Of a stretch of DNA of 64,000 bases, positions 37,959 to 45,756 are shown in pieces (the stretch's first letter is position 1; each line of letters starts with the position of its first letter). Origin of the DNA: Escherichia phage vB_EcoM-BECP11; sequence record MW286157.1. One strand, written 5' to 3'. The notes under the pieces were generated by a model that was not told the origin of the DNA, did not search any database, and saw nothing but the letters and a program-made list of their open reading frames with translations. A program made the position numbers and the translations under genes.

Positions 37959-38501
37959 ATGAGAACATTTTTAACTGGCCCGTATCTATCCTTGATGAAT
38001 GCTTTTACACACCATTCTGATGCTAGAGTAGAAGAACTCTGTAAGAATGATTATCTTCCACCAATGGAAGATGTGCTCAAACAGTACTGCACACTTCGTA
38101 TAGATGGTGGACGTCAATCCGGTAAATCAGTTGCTGTGACTAACTTTGCCGCTAATTGGCTGTATGATGGCGGAACAGTTATTGTTCTTTCTAATACTTC
38201 AGCTTACGCTAAAATTTCTGCTGGCAACATTGAAAAAGAATTTTCTCGTTATTCTAGCGATGATATTCGATTCCGTTTATTTACTGATTCTGTCCGTAGT
38301 TTTATCGGTAATGAAGGTCATAAATTCCGTGGGTTATCGCTTTCTCGTATCTTGTACATAATTGACGAACCTATTAAAGCTCCTGATATGGATAAGATTT
38401 ACAATATCCATATTAAAACGGTACAACACTGTTGTCGAAGCTATAATGCTGAAACAGGTGAAACAGTTCGTCCTCAATTTTTTGTGATTGGAATGCAATG
38501 A
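37959..38501 (+). CDS. small P-loop NTPase-like protein
   Basis: Walker A-like GGRQSGKS and Walker B-like ILYIIDEP; start uncertain (in-frame ATGs at 37893, 37908, 37926, 37959; track ORF begins at TTG 37845). Confidence 0.5.
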   Translation: MRTFLTGPYLSLMNAFTHHSDARVEELCKNDYLPPMEDVLKQYCTLRIDGGRQSGKSVAVTNFAANWLYDGGTVIVLSNTSAYAKISAGNIEKEFSRYSSDDIRFRLFTDSVRSFIGNEGHKFRGLSLSRILYIIDEPIKAPDMDKIYNIHIKTVQHCCRSYNAETGETVRPQFFVIGMQ

Positions 38502-38827
38502 TGACAGACACACAGCTTTTCGAATATCTCTATTTTTCACCAAAAACTATTAAAAATAAATTGGTGAATCATTTTGAAATTTTAGCAAATAATAACATTT
38601 TGAGCGAATTTTATCCCAAGCAATACAAATTACAAAAAGGCGTATTCAAAGGATGCAGAGTTTTGTGTACTGCTCCTAACGCGCAGTTAATGAATAAAAT
38701 TCCATATTTTACCATGGAATTTATTGATGGACCTTTTAAAGGACTAATCACCCAAAGTTTAATGGCATATGATTCTGAGCCATTTTTAATTAAAGAACAA
38801 TCTTGGATAAATTTATTTTCTAATTGA
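38498..38827 (+). CDS. hypothetical protein
   Basis: 109 aa, ATGA coupling. Confidence 0.55.
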   Translation: MMTDTQLFEYLYFSPKTIKNKLVNHFEILANNNILSEFYPKQYKLQKGVFKGCRVLCTAPNAQLMNKIPYFTMEFIDGPFKGLITQSLMAYDSEPFLIKEQSWINLFSN

Positions 38828-38834
38828 GGTTTAT

Positions 38835-39197
38835 ATGAAAGCATATCAAATTCTTGAAGGCACACATAAAGGTACTATTTATTTTGAAGATGGTATTCAA
38901 GCACGAATTATTGTCTCTAAAACCTTTAAAGAGGACTCTTTTGTAGACCCAGAAATTTTCTACGGTTTGCATGCCCGTGAAATTGAAATTGAGCAACAAC
39001 CTACAGTTAAAATTGAAGGTGGTCAACACCTGAACGTTAACGTTCTGCGTCGTGAAACTCTGGAAGATGCAGTTAAGCATCCGGAAAAATATCCGCAGCT
39101 GACCATCCGTGTATCAGGTTATGCAGTTCGCTTTAACTCTCTGACTCCGGAACAGCAGCGCGACGTTATCGCTCGTACCTTTACTGAGAGTTTGTAA
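38835..39197 (+). CDS. autonomous glycyl-radical cofactor (GrcA/YfiD-like) protein
   Basis: C-terminus ...[59 protein letters not shown] carries the RVSGY glycyl-radical motif; 3' half uses host-like CTG/CCG/CAG codons. Confidence 0.8.
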   Translation: MKAYQILEGTHKGTIYFEDGIQARIIVSKTFKEDSFVDPEIFYGLHAREIEIEQQPTVKIEGGQHLNVNVLRRETLEDAVKHPEKYPQLTIRVSGYAVRFNSLTPEQQRDVIARTFTESL

Positions 39198-39418
39198 TGG
39201 CAAAGATAATTATTGAAGGTTCTAAAGATGTGCTAAATGCTTTCGCCGAGTGGTTTAGTAATTCAGGCGAACAGCAATTTAACGAAGCCTGGAATATGGG
39301 TGATATTGATGGAATTTATCCTACGACAGAAATTTCTGTTCAAGGATATGGCATTCATGAACCTATTCGTTTAGTTGAATATGATTTATGTACTGGTGAG
39401 GAAGTCAAATATGATTGA
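39197..39418 (+). CDS. hypothetical protein
   Basis: 73 aa, TAATG coupling. Confidence 0.55.
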   Translation: MAKIIIEGSKDVLNAFAEWFSNSGEQQFNEAWNMGDIDGIYPTTEISVQGYGIHEPIRLVEYDLCTGEEVKYD

Positions 39419-39677
39419 AGACATTAAAGGTTATAAGCCGCATACTGAAGAGAAAATCGGTAAAGTGAATGCTATCAAAGACGCTGAAGTTCGTTTAGGA
39501 CTTATCTTTGATGCTTTATACGATGAATTTTGGGAAGCATTTGATAGCTGTGAAGACTGTGAATTCGCGAAGAATTATGCTGAAAGCCTCGATCAGTTAA
39601 CTATTGCTAAAACGAAACTCAAAGAAGCCAGTATGTGGGCTTGTCGTGCAGTGTTCCAACCAGAGGAAAAATACTAA
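39411..39677 (+). CDS. acb2: likely Acb2 (Vs.4) cyclic-dinucleotide sponge
   Basis: 88 aa from ATG 39411 with SD GGTGAGGAAG; second gene upstream of regB, the T4 vs.4 position. Confidence 0.6.
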   Translation: MIEDIKGYKPHTEEKIGKVNAIKDAEVRLGLIFDALYDEFWEAFDSCEDCEFAKNYAESLDQLTIAKTKLKEASMWACRAVFQPEEKY

Positions 39678-39955
39678 TGGCTCAATTAAGTGCAGGGTTT
39701 GGTTATGAGTATTATACTGCACCTCGTCGTGTATCTGCCGCTCCTAAGAAAATTCAAAGTCTTGATGACTTCCAGGAAGTAGTCCGTAAAGCTTTTCAGG
39801 ACTATGCACGTTATCTTAAAGAAGATTCACAGGACTGTCTCGAAGAAGATGAAATTGCTTACTATGAGCAGCGTCTTGAACAGCTCAAAAATCTACATGA
39901 GGTTCGTGCAGAAGTTTCAAAGTCTATGAATAAATTGATTAGATTTAAAGAATAA
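39677..39955 (+). CDS. hypothetical protein (vs.3 position)
   Basis: 92 aa from TAATG-coupled ATG 39677, SD GAGGAAAAA. Confidence 0.55.
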   Translation: MAQLSAGFGYEYYTAPRRVSAAPKKIQSLDDFQEVVRKAFQDYARYLKEDSQDCLEEDEIAYYEQRLEQLKNLHEVRAEVSKSMNKLIRFKE

Positions 39956-39957
39956 CT

Positions 39958-39987
39958 GTTTACTTTTCCTCTTGACTGTGGTATAAT
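39958..39987 (+). promoter_or_regulatory. T4-type early promoter for regB
   Basis: CTGTTTACT ... TGTGGTATAAT. Confidence 0.65.
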
Positions 39988-40014
39988 TTTTCTATCAGTT
40001 AAGAGGAGAATAAC

Positions 40015-40476
40015 ATGACTATCAATACAGAAGTTTTTATCCGTCGAAATAAGCTTCGTCGTCACTTTGAGTCGGAGTTTCGTCAAATTAACAATGAGAT
40101 TCGTGAGGCATCAAAAGCAGCAGGGGTCTCATCGTTTCATCTAAAATATTCTCAGCATCTTCTTGATCGTGCAATTCAACGGGAGATTGATGAGACATAT
40201 GTTTTTGAATTATTCCATAAAATAAAAGACCATGTTTTAGAAGTTAATGAATTCCTGAGTATGCCTCCGCGTCCTGACATTGACGAGGATTTTATTGATG
40301 GGGTTGAATATCGTCCTGGACGTTTAGAAATCACAGATGGAAATCTTTGGCTTGGATTTACGGTTTGTAAGCCTAATGAGAAGTTCAAAAACCCGTCACT
40401 TCAATGCAGGATGGCAATTATCAACAGTCGTCGTTTACCAGGAAAGGCTTCTAAAGCAGTAATTAAAACTCAATGA
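40015..40476 (+). CDS. regB: site-specific endoribonuclease RegB
   Basis: 153 aa beginning MTINTEVFIRRNKLRRHFESEF, recognised as T4 RegB. Confidence 0.85.
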   Translation: MTINTEVFIRRNKLRRHFESEFRQINNEIREASKAAGVSSFHLKYSQHLLDRAIQREIDETYVFELFHKIKDHVLEVNEFLSMPPRPDIDEDFIDGVEYRPGRLEITDGNLWLGFTVCKPNEKFKNPSLQCRMAIINSRRLPGKASKAVIKTQ

Positions 40477-40483
40477 GGTAAAC

Positions 40484-41029
40484 ATGAGAAAAGCACTACT
40501 CGCTGGTCTATTGGCCATTTCTATGATGGCACATAGCTCCGAGCATACTTTCAGTAATGTCCAACTCGATAACATGCGTTACGCGTATCAATTCGGGGAA
40601 CAGTTTTCTAAGGATGGAAAATATAAAACACATCAAAATGTTCATAAGAGTGGATTGGGTCATATAATGGCTGCTATTTTATGGCAAGAAAGCTCTGGCG
40701 GAGTTAATTTAAAATCTAAACCAAAGCATCACGCCTACGGAATGTTCCAAAATTATTTGCCTACTATGCGAGCAAGAGTTAAGGAACTTGGTTATAATAT
40801 GACCGATGCTGAAATAAAAAGAATGTTGAATAAACGGTCCAATTCAGCTTCCTGGGCGTACATTGAACTTTCTTATTGGTTAAATATACATAAGGGCGAT
40901 ATAAGAAAAGCAATATCCTCTTATAATTCGGGATGGAATGTTAAAGCAGGTTCTAAATATGCTTCTGAAGTCCTAGAAAAGGCTAATTACCTTAAAAATA
41001 ATAAACTTTTGGAAATAGTAAATGACTAA
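40484..41029 (+). CDS. secreted SLT-domain (lytic transglycosylase-like) protein
   Basis: Signal peptide MRKALLAGLLAISMMAHS; SLT motifs WQESSGG, YGMFQ, SYNSGWN. Confidence 0.7.
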   Translation: MRKALLAGLLAISMMAHSSEHTFSNVQLDNMRYAYQFGEQFSKDGKYKTHQNVHKSGLGHIMAAILWQESSGGVNLKSKPKHHAYGMFQNYLPTMRARVKELGYNMTDAEIKRMLNKRSNSASWAYIELSYWLNIHKGDIRKAISSYNSGWNVKAGSKYASEVLEKANYLKNNKLLEIVND

Positions 41030-41363
41030 AATTTTGGTTTTATGTATAGGATTAATTTCATTTTCTGCGTTAGCAGATACATCATATACTGAAATTAGAG
41101 AGTATGTAAACCGTACTGCAGCGGATTATTGCGGGAAAAATAAAGCATGCCAAGCTGAATTTGCGCAGAAATTAATATATGCATATAAAGACGGAGAAAG
41201 AGATAAATCAAGCAGATACAAAAACGATACATTGTTAAAACGATATGCTAAAAAGTGGAATACCTTAGAATGTTCAGTTGCGGAGGAGAAAGATAAAGCC
41301 GCTTGTCATTCAATGGTTGACCGTTTGGTAGATTCTTATAATCGAGGATTGAGTACTAGATGA
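41022..41363 (+). CDS. secreted protein at the T4 vs position (identity tentative)
   Basis: 113 aa with signal peptide MTKILVLCIGLISFSALA; placement by synteny only. Confidence 0.5.
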   Translation: MTKILVLCIGLISFSALADTSYTEIREYVNRTAADYCGKNKACQAEFAQKLIYAYKDGERDKSSRYKNDTLLKRYAKKWNTLECSVAEEKDKAACHSMVDRLVDSYNRGLSTR

Positions 41364-41839
41364 TTGTAAAATATATCAAGGGCGATATTGTCGCCCTATT
41401 TCTTCAAGGTAATATTATTGCGCACGGGTGCAATTGTTTTCATACTATGGGTTCAGGTGTAGCGGGTCAATTAGCAAGAGCCTATCCCAAAATTTTAGAA
41501 ATAGATAAAACCACTACTGAGTACGGTTCTCGTGATAAATTAGGCGATATGTCTATTGTTTTTAAACATAAACCTAATGGTTTTGGCATATGTTATAACT
41601 TGTACACGCAATACGAACCAGGTCCTAATCTTGATTATGGTGCTTTAGTAAACTGCATGATAGAATTAAATCTACAGGCAGAAACCCTTTTGTTTAAACC
41701 GGTAATTTACATTCCGCGTATAGGTTGTGGTATTGCTGGCGGCGATTGGGATAAGGTTTCTAAATTAATCGACATGTTTACTCCTGATATTGATTTAATA
41801 GTGGTGGATTATGAAAGTACATTACCCACATCCGTTTGA
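41360..41839 (+). CDS. macro-domain protein (ADP-ribose binding or hydrolase fold)
   Basis: 159 aa; N-terminal GDIVALF...NIIAHGCNCFHTMGSGVAGQL resembles macro-domain nucleotide-binding motifs; ATGA coupling. Confidence 0.65.
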   Translation: MIVKYIKGDIVALFLQGNIIAHGCNCFHTMGSGVAGQLARAYPKILEIDKTTTEYGSRDKLGDMSIVFKHKPNGFGICYNLYTQYEPGPNLDYGALVNCMIELNLQAETLLFKPVIYIPRIGCGIAGGDWDKVSKLIDMFTPDIDLIVVDYESTLPTSV

Positions 41840-42023
41840 TCCTAAAAACAAAGCAGTAATTATTCGTCAATGGGAACGCATTTGCCGTACTAAATGCCCA
41901 ATTAATAGTCCACATGATGTAGATAAAGACTACATTGGAACATTCGTTGAATATACCTTTATTGATAAGAAAGGTCGTAAACAACATGTAGAAGAATATT
42001 GCTTAAAGGTTACATGGTTATGA
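41811..42023 (+). CDS. hypothetical protein
   Basis: 70 aa ORF overlapping neighbours. Confidence 0.5.
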   Translation: MKVHYPHPFDPKNKAVIIRQWERICRTKCPINSPHDVDKDYIGTFVEYTFIDKKGRKQHVEEYCLKVTWL

Positions 42024-42226
42024 GCCAAACTAGTATTCTTAAAAATGCCCATTGTGAAAAGTGTAAGTGGCCGGTTGTTTTTGCTTTATGCAACGATGAA
42101 ATGACTTGTGATTTCGATTATTGGTGCTATTGCTCGAACAAGGGTTGTAGCAATCATAAAGGTGAAGGATTTTATTCTGGATTTAATCCTTATCCGGATT
42201 TCGTTAAAGAAGGTGAACCAAAATGA
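42020..42226 (+). CDS. small cysteine-rich (putative zinc-binding) protein
   Basis: 68 aa from ATGA-coupled ATG; CEKC...CNDEMTC...CYCSNKGC. Confidence 0.55.
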   Translation: MSQTSILKNAHCEKCKWPVVFALCNDEMTCDFDYWCYCSNKGCSNHKGEGFYSGFNPYPDFVKEGEPK

Positions 42227-42396
42227 ATAATTTTGAGTTACGCTATGAAGTTTTACGCAATATTGATAATTTAATTGAACTTGCCGTAAATAAGGGTTTT
42301 GCTATTGGAATTGGTCAAAAAGATACTGATCATTTAACGATGGAAATATTTAAGCAAAAGCGAATTATCTTAAAACTTCTAGGATTTAATATATGA
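42223..42396 (+). CDS. small hypothetical protein
   Basis: 57 aa ORF below the track cutoff, ATGA-coupled at both ends. Confidence 0.45.
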   Translation: MNNFELRYEVLRNIDNLIELAVNKGFAIGIGQKDTDHLTMEIFKQKRIILKLLGFNI

Positions 42397-42578
42397 GTCT
42401 GAGTAAAGAACAAAAAGACAAACTCTTTTCTCTTATCCACGAAGTTATGGATAAAAATAGCGAATTGGAAAAAGTTTGTAATGAATGCGGTCCTTTTAGT
42501 GCAAACGAGTACGAAGAACTTTCTAAAGAATTCGATAATAAAGAACAAGAACTCATTGATTATATAAATTCATTATGA
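42393..42578 (+). CDS. small helical protein, paralogue family member
   Basis: 61 aa MSLSKEQKDKLFSLIHEV...ELIDYINSL. Confidence 0.55.
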   Translation: MSLSKEQKDKLFSLIHEVMDKNSELEKVCNECGPFSANEYEELSKEFDNKEQELIDYINSL

Positions 42579-42763
42579 TTACTCGCGAACAAAAGAACGA
42601 AATATTATTTTTAGTTAGTGAAATTGTTAGTTTAGAAAAGGATTTGTCTTTTGAAATATCTTCTGAATATGGAGATGCCGAAACATATTACGAATTAGTA
42701 AAATCTATCGATAAAGCTGAAAATGATTTAGAAACATATTTAGAAAATTTAACTAAGGACTAA
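42575..42763 (+). CDS. small helical protein, paralogue family member
   Basis: 62 aa MITREQKNEILFLVSEIV...DLETYLENL. Confidence 0.55.
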   Translation: MITREQKNEILFLVSEIVSLEKDLSFEISSEYGDAETYYELVKSIDKAENDLETYLENLTKD

Positions 42764-42764
42764 G

Positions 42765-43346
42765 ATGGCGAGTTTAATTTTTACTTATGCAGCAATGAAT
42801 GCTGGAAAATCTGCTTCTCTTTTGACTGCTGCACATAATTATAAAGAACGTGGAATGGGTGTATTAGTTCTTAAGCCTGCTATTGATACTCGCGATTCTG
42901 TCTGCGAAGTCGTTTCTCGCATTGGAATTAAACAGGAAGCGAATATTATTACAGATGATATGGATATTTTCGAGTTCTATAAATGGGCTGAAGCACAAAA
43001 AGATATTCATTGCGTATTTGTAGATGAAGCTCAGTTTTTAAAAACTGAACAGGTGCACCAATTAAGCCGAATTGTTGATACATATAATGTTCCTGTTATG
43101 GCTTATGGATTAAGGACTGATTTCGCTGGAAAATTGTTTGAAGGTTCTAAAGAACTTTTAGCGATTGCAGATAAACTTATTGAACTAAAGGCAGTTTGTC
43201 ATTGCGGCAAAAAAGCGATTATGACAGCTCGATTAATGGAAGATGGAACACCAGTTAAAGAAGGTAATCAAATCTGTATTGGTGATGAAATTTATGTTTC
43301 TTTGTGTAGAAAACACTGGAACGAATTAACTAAAAAGCTCGGTTAG
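42765..43346 (+). CDS. tk: thymidine kinase
   Basis: 193 aa; P-loop NAGKSASL; C-terminal CHCGKKA...C zinc ribbon typical of TK. Confidence 0.9.
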   Translation: MASLIFTYAAMNAGKSASLLTAAHNYKERGMGVLVLKPAIDTRDSVCEVVSRIGIKQEANIITDDMDIFEFYKWAEAQKDIHCVFVDEAQFLKTEQVHQLSRIVDTYNVPVMAYGLRTDFAGKLFEGSKELLAIADKLIELKAVCHCGKKAIMTARLMEDGTPVKEGNQICIGDEIYVSLCRKHWNELTKKLG

Positions 43347-43355
43347 TGCAAAAGT

Positions 43356-43363
43356 TATAAATA
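43356..43363 (+). promoter_or_regulatory. late promoter TATAAATA
   Basis: Exact TATAAATA 26 nt upstream of ATG 43389. Confidence 0.5.
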
Positions 43364-43388
43364 GGTTTATCTAACTAAAGGGGTATAT

Positions 43389-43601
43389 ATGCTACAATTA
43401 ACTGAAAAGCAACTTCGCAATCTTACTGTGCTTCAATTAGATGAAATTCGTAGGGAAGTTGGAAATATCATTTCAGCTTTGCGTCGAGAAGTATCACTCA
43501 ACCAATCTCCGGCAGACTATACTAGATTGCGAAATTTTGAAAAATACCTTGATAAAGTTAAGGCCGTGCATCGGCATAAAGTAAATACAGGACAAAAATG
43601 A
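43389..43601 (+). CDS. hypothetical protein adjacent to rI
   Basis: 70 aa, SD AAAGGGG. Confidence 0.55.
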
Positions 43602-43613
43602 TAGGAGGCCTTT

Positions 43614-43907
43614 ATGGCCTTAAAAGCAACGGCACTTTTTGCCATGCTAGGATTGTCATTTGTTTTATCTCCATCGATTGAAGCGAATGTCGATCCTCAT
43701 TTTGATAAATTTATGGAATCTGGTATTAGGCACGTTTATACACTTTTTGAAAATAAAAGCGTAGAATCGTCTGAACAATTCTATAGTTTTATGAGAACGA
43801 CCTATAAAAATGACCCGTGCTCTTCTGATTTCGAATGTATAGAACGAGGCGCGGAGATGGCACAATCATACGCTAGAATTATGAACATTAAATTGGAGAC
43901 TGAATGA
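43614..43907 (+). CDS. rI: lysis inhibition regulator RI
   Basis: 97 aa with signal-anchor MALKATALFAMLGLSFVLSPSIEA; recognised as T4 RI. Confidence 0.85.
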   Translation: MALKATALFAMLGLSFVLSPSIEANVDPHFDKFMESGIRHVYTLFENKSVESSEQFYSFMRTTYKNDPCSSDFECIERGAEMAQSYARIMNIKLETE

Positions 43908-44290
43908 AATTCAGCGACTTTTCACAAAGTGGAAAACCTTCAAAGGCAGATGAATACTTAGGTTTATTAATGGCTGCACAAGCTTATTTTCATTCTGCAC
44001 ATTTTGAAACTAAAAGTTATGCTAGACACAAAGCATACGATTTTATTTTCTCCGAATTGCCAGATTTGATTGATAAATTTGGTGAGCAATATTTGGGGTA
44101 TTCTGGTAGAAAATACACACCTTCAATTCCAGATGCCAGTAAACTTCCTACCGACACAATTAAAATGATTGATCGCATACTAGACCAATCTAACAGCATT
44201 TATAAAGAAATGCCTCCAGCCATTCAAAGCACGATAGATGATATTACTGGGATGTTTTACCAGAGTAAGTATCTTCTTTCCCTCGAATAA
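43904..44290 (+). CDS. hypothetical protein adjacent to rI
   Basis: 128 aa, ATGA-coupled to rI. Confidence 0.6.
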
Positions 44291-44294
44291 CATT

Positions 44295-44320
44295 AGTCTC
44301 CTTCGGGAGACTTTTTTCAT
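44295..44320 (+). terminator. intrinsic terminator
   Basis: AGTCTCC-TTCG-GGAGACT hairpin then TTTTTTCATTTT. Confidence 0.75.
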
Positions 44321-44327
44321 TTTACCG

Positions 44328-44358
44328 GTTTACTTTCCATTTGAGCTGTGATACTATA
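44328..44358 (+). promoter_or_regulatory. T4-type early promoter
   Basis: GGTTTACT ... TGTGATACTATACAACTATC. Confidence 0.6.
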
Positions 44359-44385
44359 CAACTATCGGATAAAGAGGAGAACATC

Positions 44386-44574
44386 ATGAAAATTGAAGCA
44401 CTCAATCAAGAAGGAAATATCTACGTCATCATTAATGGTGATTTTTTCGTCGACATGGATGAAGTTACTAGTGAAGAACTTGTAGAACTTCTTAAGAAAC
44501 GTTATAATATGTGTGATGAAGTTGCAACTCACATGGCGTGTGCAATATTCTCTCTGTCATATGTGGTGGAATAA
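44386..44574 (+). CDS. small hypothetical protein
   Basis: 62 aa from ATG after SD AGAGGAGAA; track ORF starts inside the promoter. Confidence 0.55.
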
Positions 44575-44777
44575 TGATTAGTATAGAGCAAGCAGATAAA
44601 ATCAAGGAATTAGTGGCTTCAATTCGTAAAGCAGATGAAGAGCTGATTGACTTTGCTTGGTATTCATCGGGTATTTCGAATAAAGGCATTAAAGACTTTG
44701 AAGCTAAAGTTGATAATGCTATAGAAGCGTTAGATATGTTTCTTGATGAAATTATCGATCATAATACGAGAGTTTAA
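44574..44777 (+). CDS. small helical protein, paralogue family member
   Basis: 67 aa [17 protein letters not shown]...ALDMFLDEI, TAATG coupling. Confidence 0.55.
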   Translation: MISIEQADKIKELVASIRKADEELIDFAWYSSGISNKGIKDFEAKVDNAIEALDMFLDEIIDHNTRV

Positions 44778-44779
44778 TT

Positions 44780-44974
44780 ATGTTAACACACGAACAGTTT
44801 GAAAAAATCATTAAATTAGCACGTGATATTGAAATAGATTCATATCAATTAGCAGTTGAGCATTGTGAAGGATATTCATACGACGGTATAGAAACAGCTA
44901 AAAAGGATTTGGATAAATCTAAAGCTAAGTTAGTTCAATATCTTGAAATGATTAGGTGGAATAATGAAAACTGA
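44780..44974 (+). CDS. small helical protein, paralogue family member
   Basis: 64 aa MLTHEQFEKIIKLARDI...KLVQYLEMI. Confidence 0.55.
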   Translation: MLTHEQFEKIIKLARDIEIDSYQLAVEHCEGYSYDGIETAKKDLDKSKAKLVQYLEMIRWNNEN

Positions 44975-45137
44975 AAAGCAGATGTTTTTAATGAAACTAA
45001 TTGAAGAATATGCTAATGCAGTTTCTGACTATGAATGCTCTTCTCGTGAAAGAGGCACAGCTTTCGCTAAAGAAGAATTGAAAATCATGGTTGATGCTCA
45101 TACAAAGCTTCAGAATTTTATCGAAAACGTCATTTAA
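44964..45137 (+). CDS. small helical protein, paralogue family member
   Basis: 57 aa MKTEKQMFLMKLIEEY...KLQNFIENVI; below track cutoff. Confidence 0.5.
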   Translation: MKTEKQMFLMKLIEEYANAVSDYECSSRERGTAFAKEELKIMVDAHTKLQNFIENVI

Positions 45138-45139
45138 TG

Positions 45140-45169
45140 GTTTACAAGTTGGCAAGGTTATGGTATAGT
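45140..45169 (+). promoter_or_regulatory. T4-type early promoter
   Basis: GGTTTACA ... TATGGTATAGT. Confidence 0.6.
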
Positions 45170-45197
45170 AATCTTGTCAACTGCCAAGGAGAAGAGA

Positions 45198-45302
45198 ATG
45201 AAAGTTTTGTTTGTTGTGTATGTGATGATTCAATATAATTACCCAATGTTTACTTATAATTTGGTGAACAACATTATTGATATTATTCAAAGGAGCATGT
45301 AA
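45198..45302 (+). CDS. candidate 34 aa hydrophobic micro-protein
   Basis: MKVLFVVYVMIQYNYPMFTYNLVNNIIDIIQRSM with strong SD AAGGAGAAGAGA, TAATG-coupled to next gene. Confidence 0.3.
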   Translation: MKVLFVVYVMIQYNYPMFTYNLVNNIIDIIQRSM

Positions 45303-45487
45303 TGACAAGTGAGCAGGCTTTTAAATTAAGAGAATTAATTGAGACGTATAGTAAAGCTGTTCATACATCAACAATTATTGATGAATCAGCTTTCTCCGGA
45401 CATGCCAACAAGATTAAATACAAAACTCTTATGGAAGAAGCTAAAGTAAATCTTGATTCTTATATTGAAACTTTAATTGGTGAATAA
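45302..45487 (+). CDS. small helical protein, paralogue family member
   Basis: 61 aa MTSEQAFKLRELIETY...NLDSYIETL. Confidence 0.55.
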   Translation: MTSEQAFKLRELIETYSKAVHTSTIIDESAFSGHANKIKYKTLMEEAKVNLDSYIETLIGE

Positions 45488-45488
45488 C

Positions 45489-45755
45489 ATGGGCTTTCCT
45501 AAATTAGAAGTAGGTGATTTGGTCTTAACAAAATTGTGGAATGGTGTTCAATCAGTAGAAATCTGTCAATATCGTGGAGCAACAGGTAATTTGATGTACA
45601 CGATTTATAATCCAGAAATTTTATTAGAGTGTCATTTGGAACGCTTTATAAAAGACACCGATAGTATGCCGTATAGTGTATCGATTGTACGTAAATCTGA
45701 TACAAAGGAATACTCTAAAATTTTAGAACAAATTCGTGCCAATAAAAAGGATTAA
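45489..45755 (+). CDS. hypothetical protein
   Basis: 88 aa from ATG 45489; track ORF starts at TTG. Confidence 0.55.
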   Translation: MGFPKLEVGDLVLTKLWNGVQSVEICQYRGATGNLMYTIYNPEILLECHLERFIKDTDSMPYSVSIVRKSDTKEYSKILEQIRANKKD

Positions 45756-45756
45756 T

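Noticed and set aside
43665-43865. Minus-strand ORF inside rI
   Set aside because: Antisense to a confidently identified gene; spurious.
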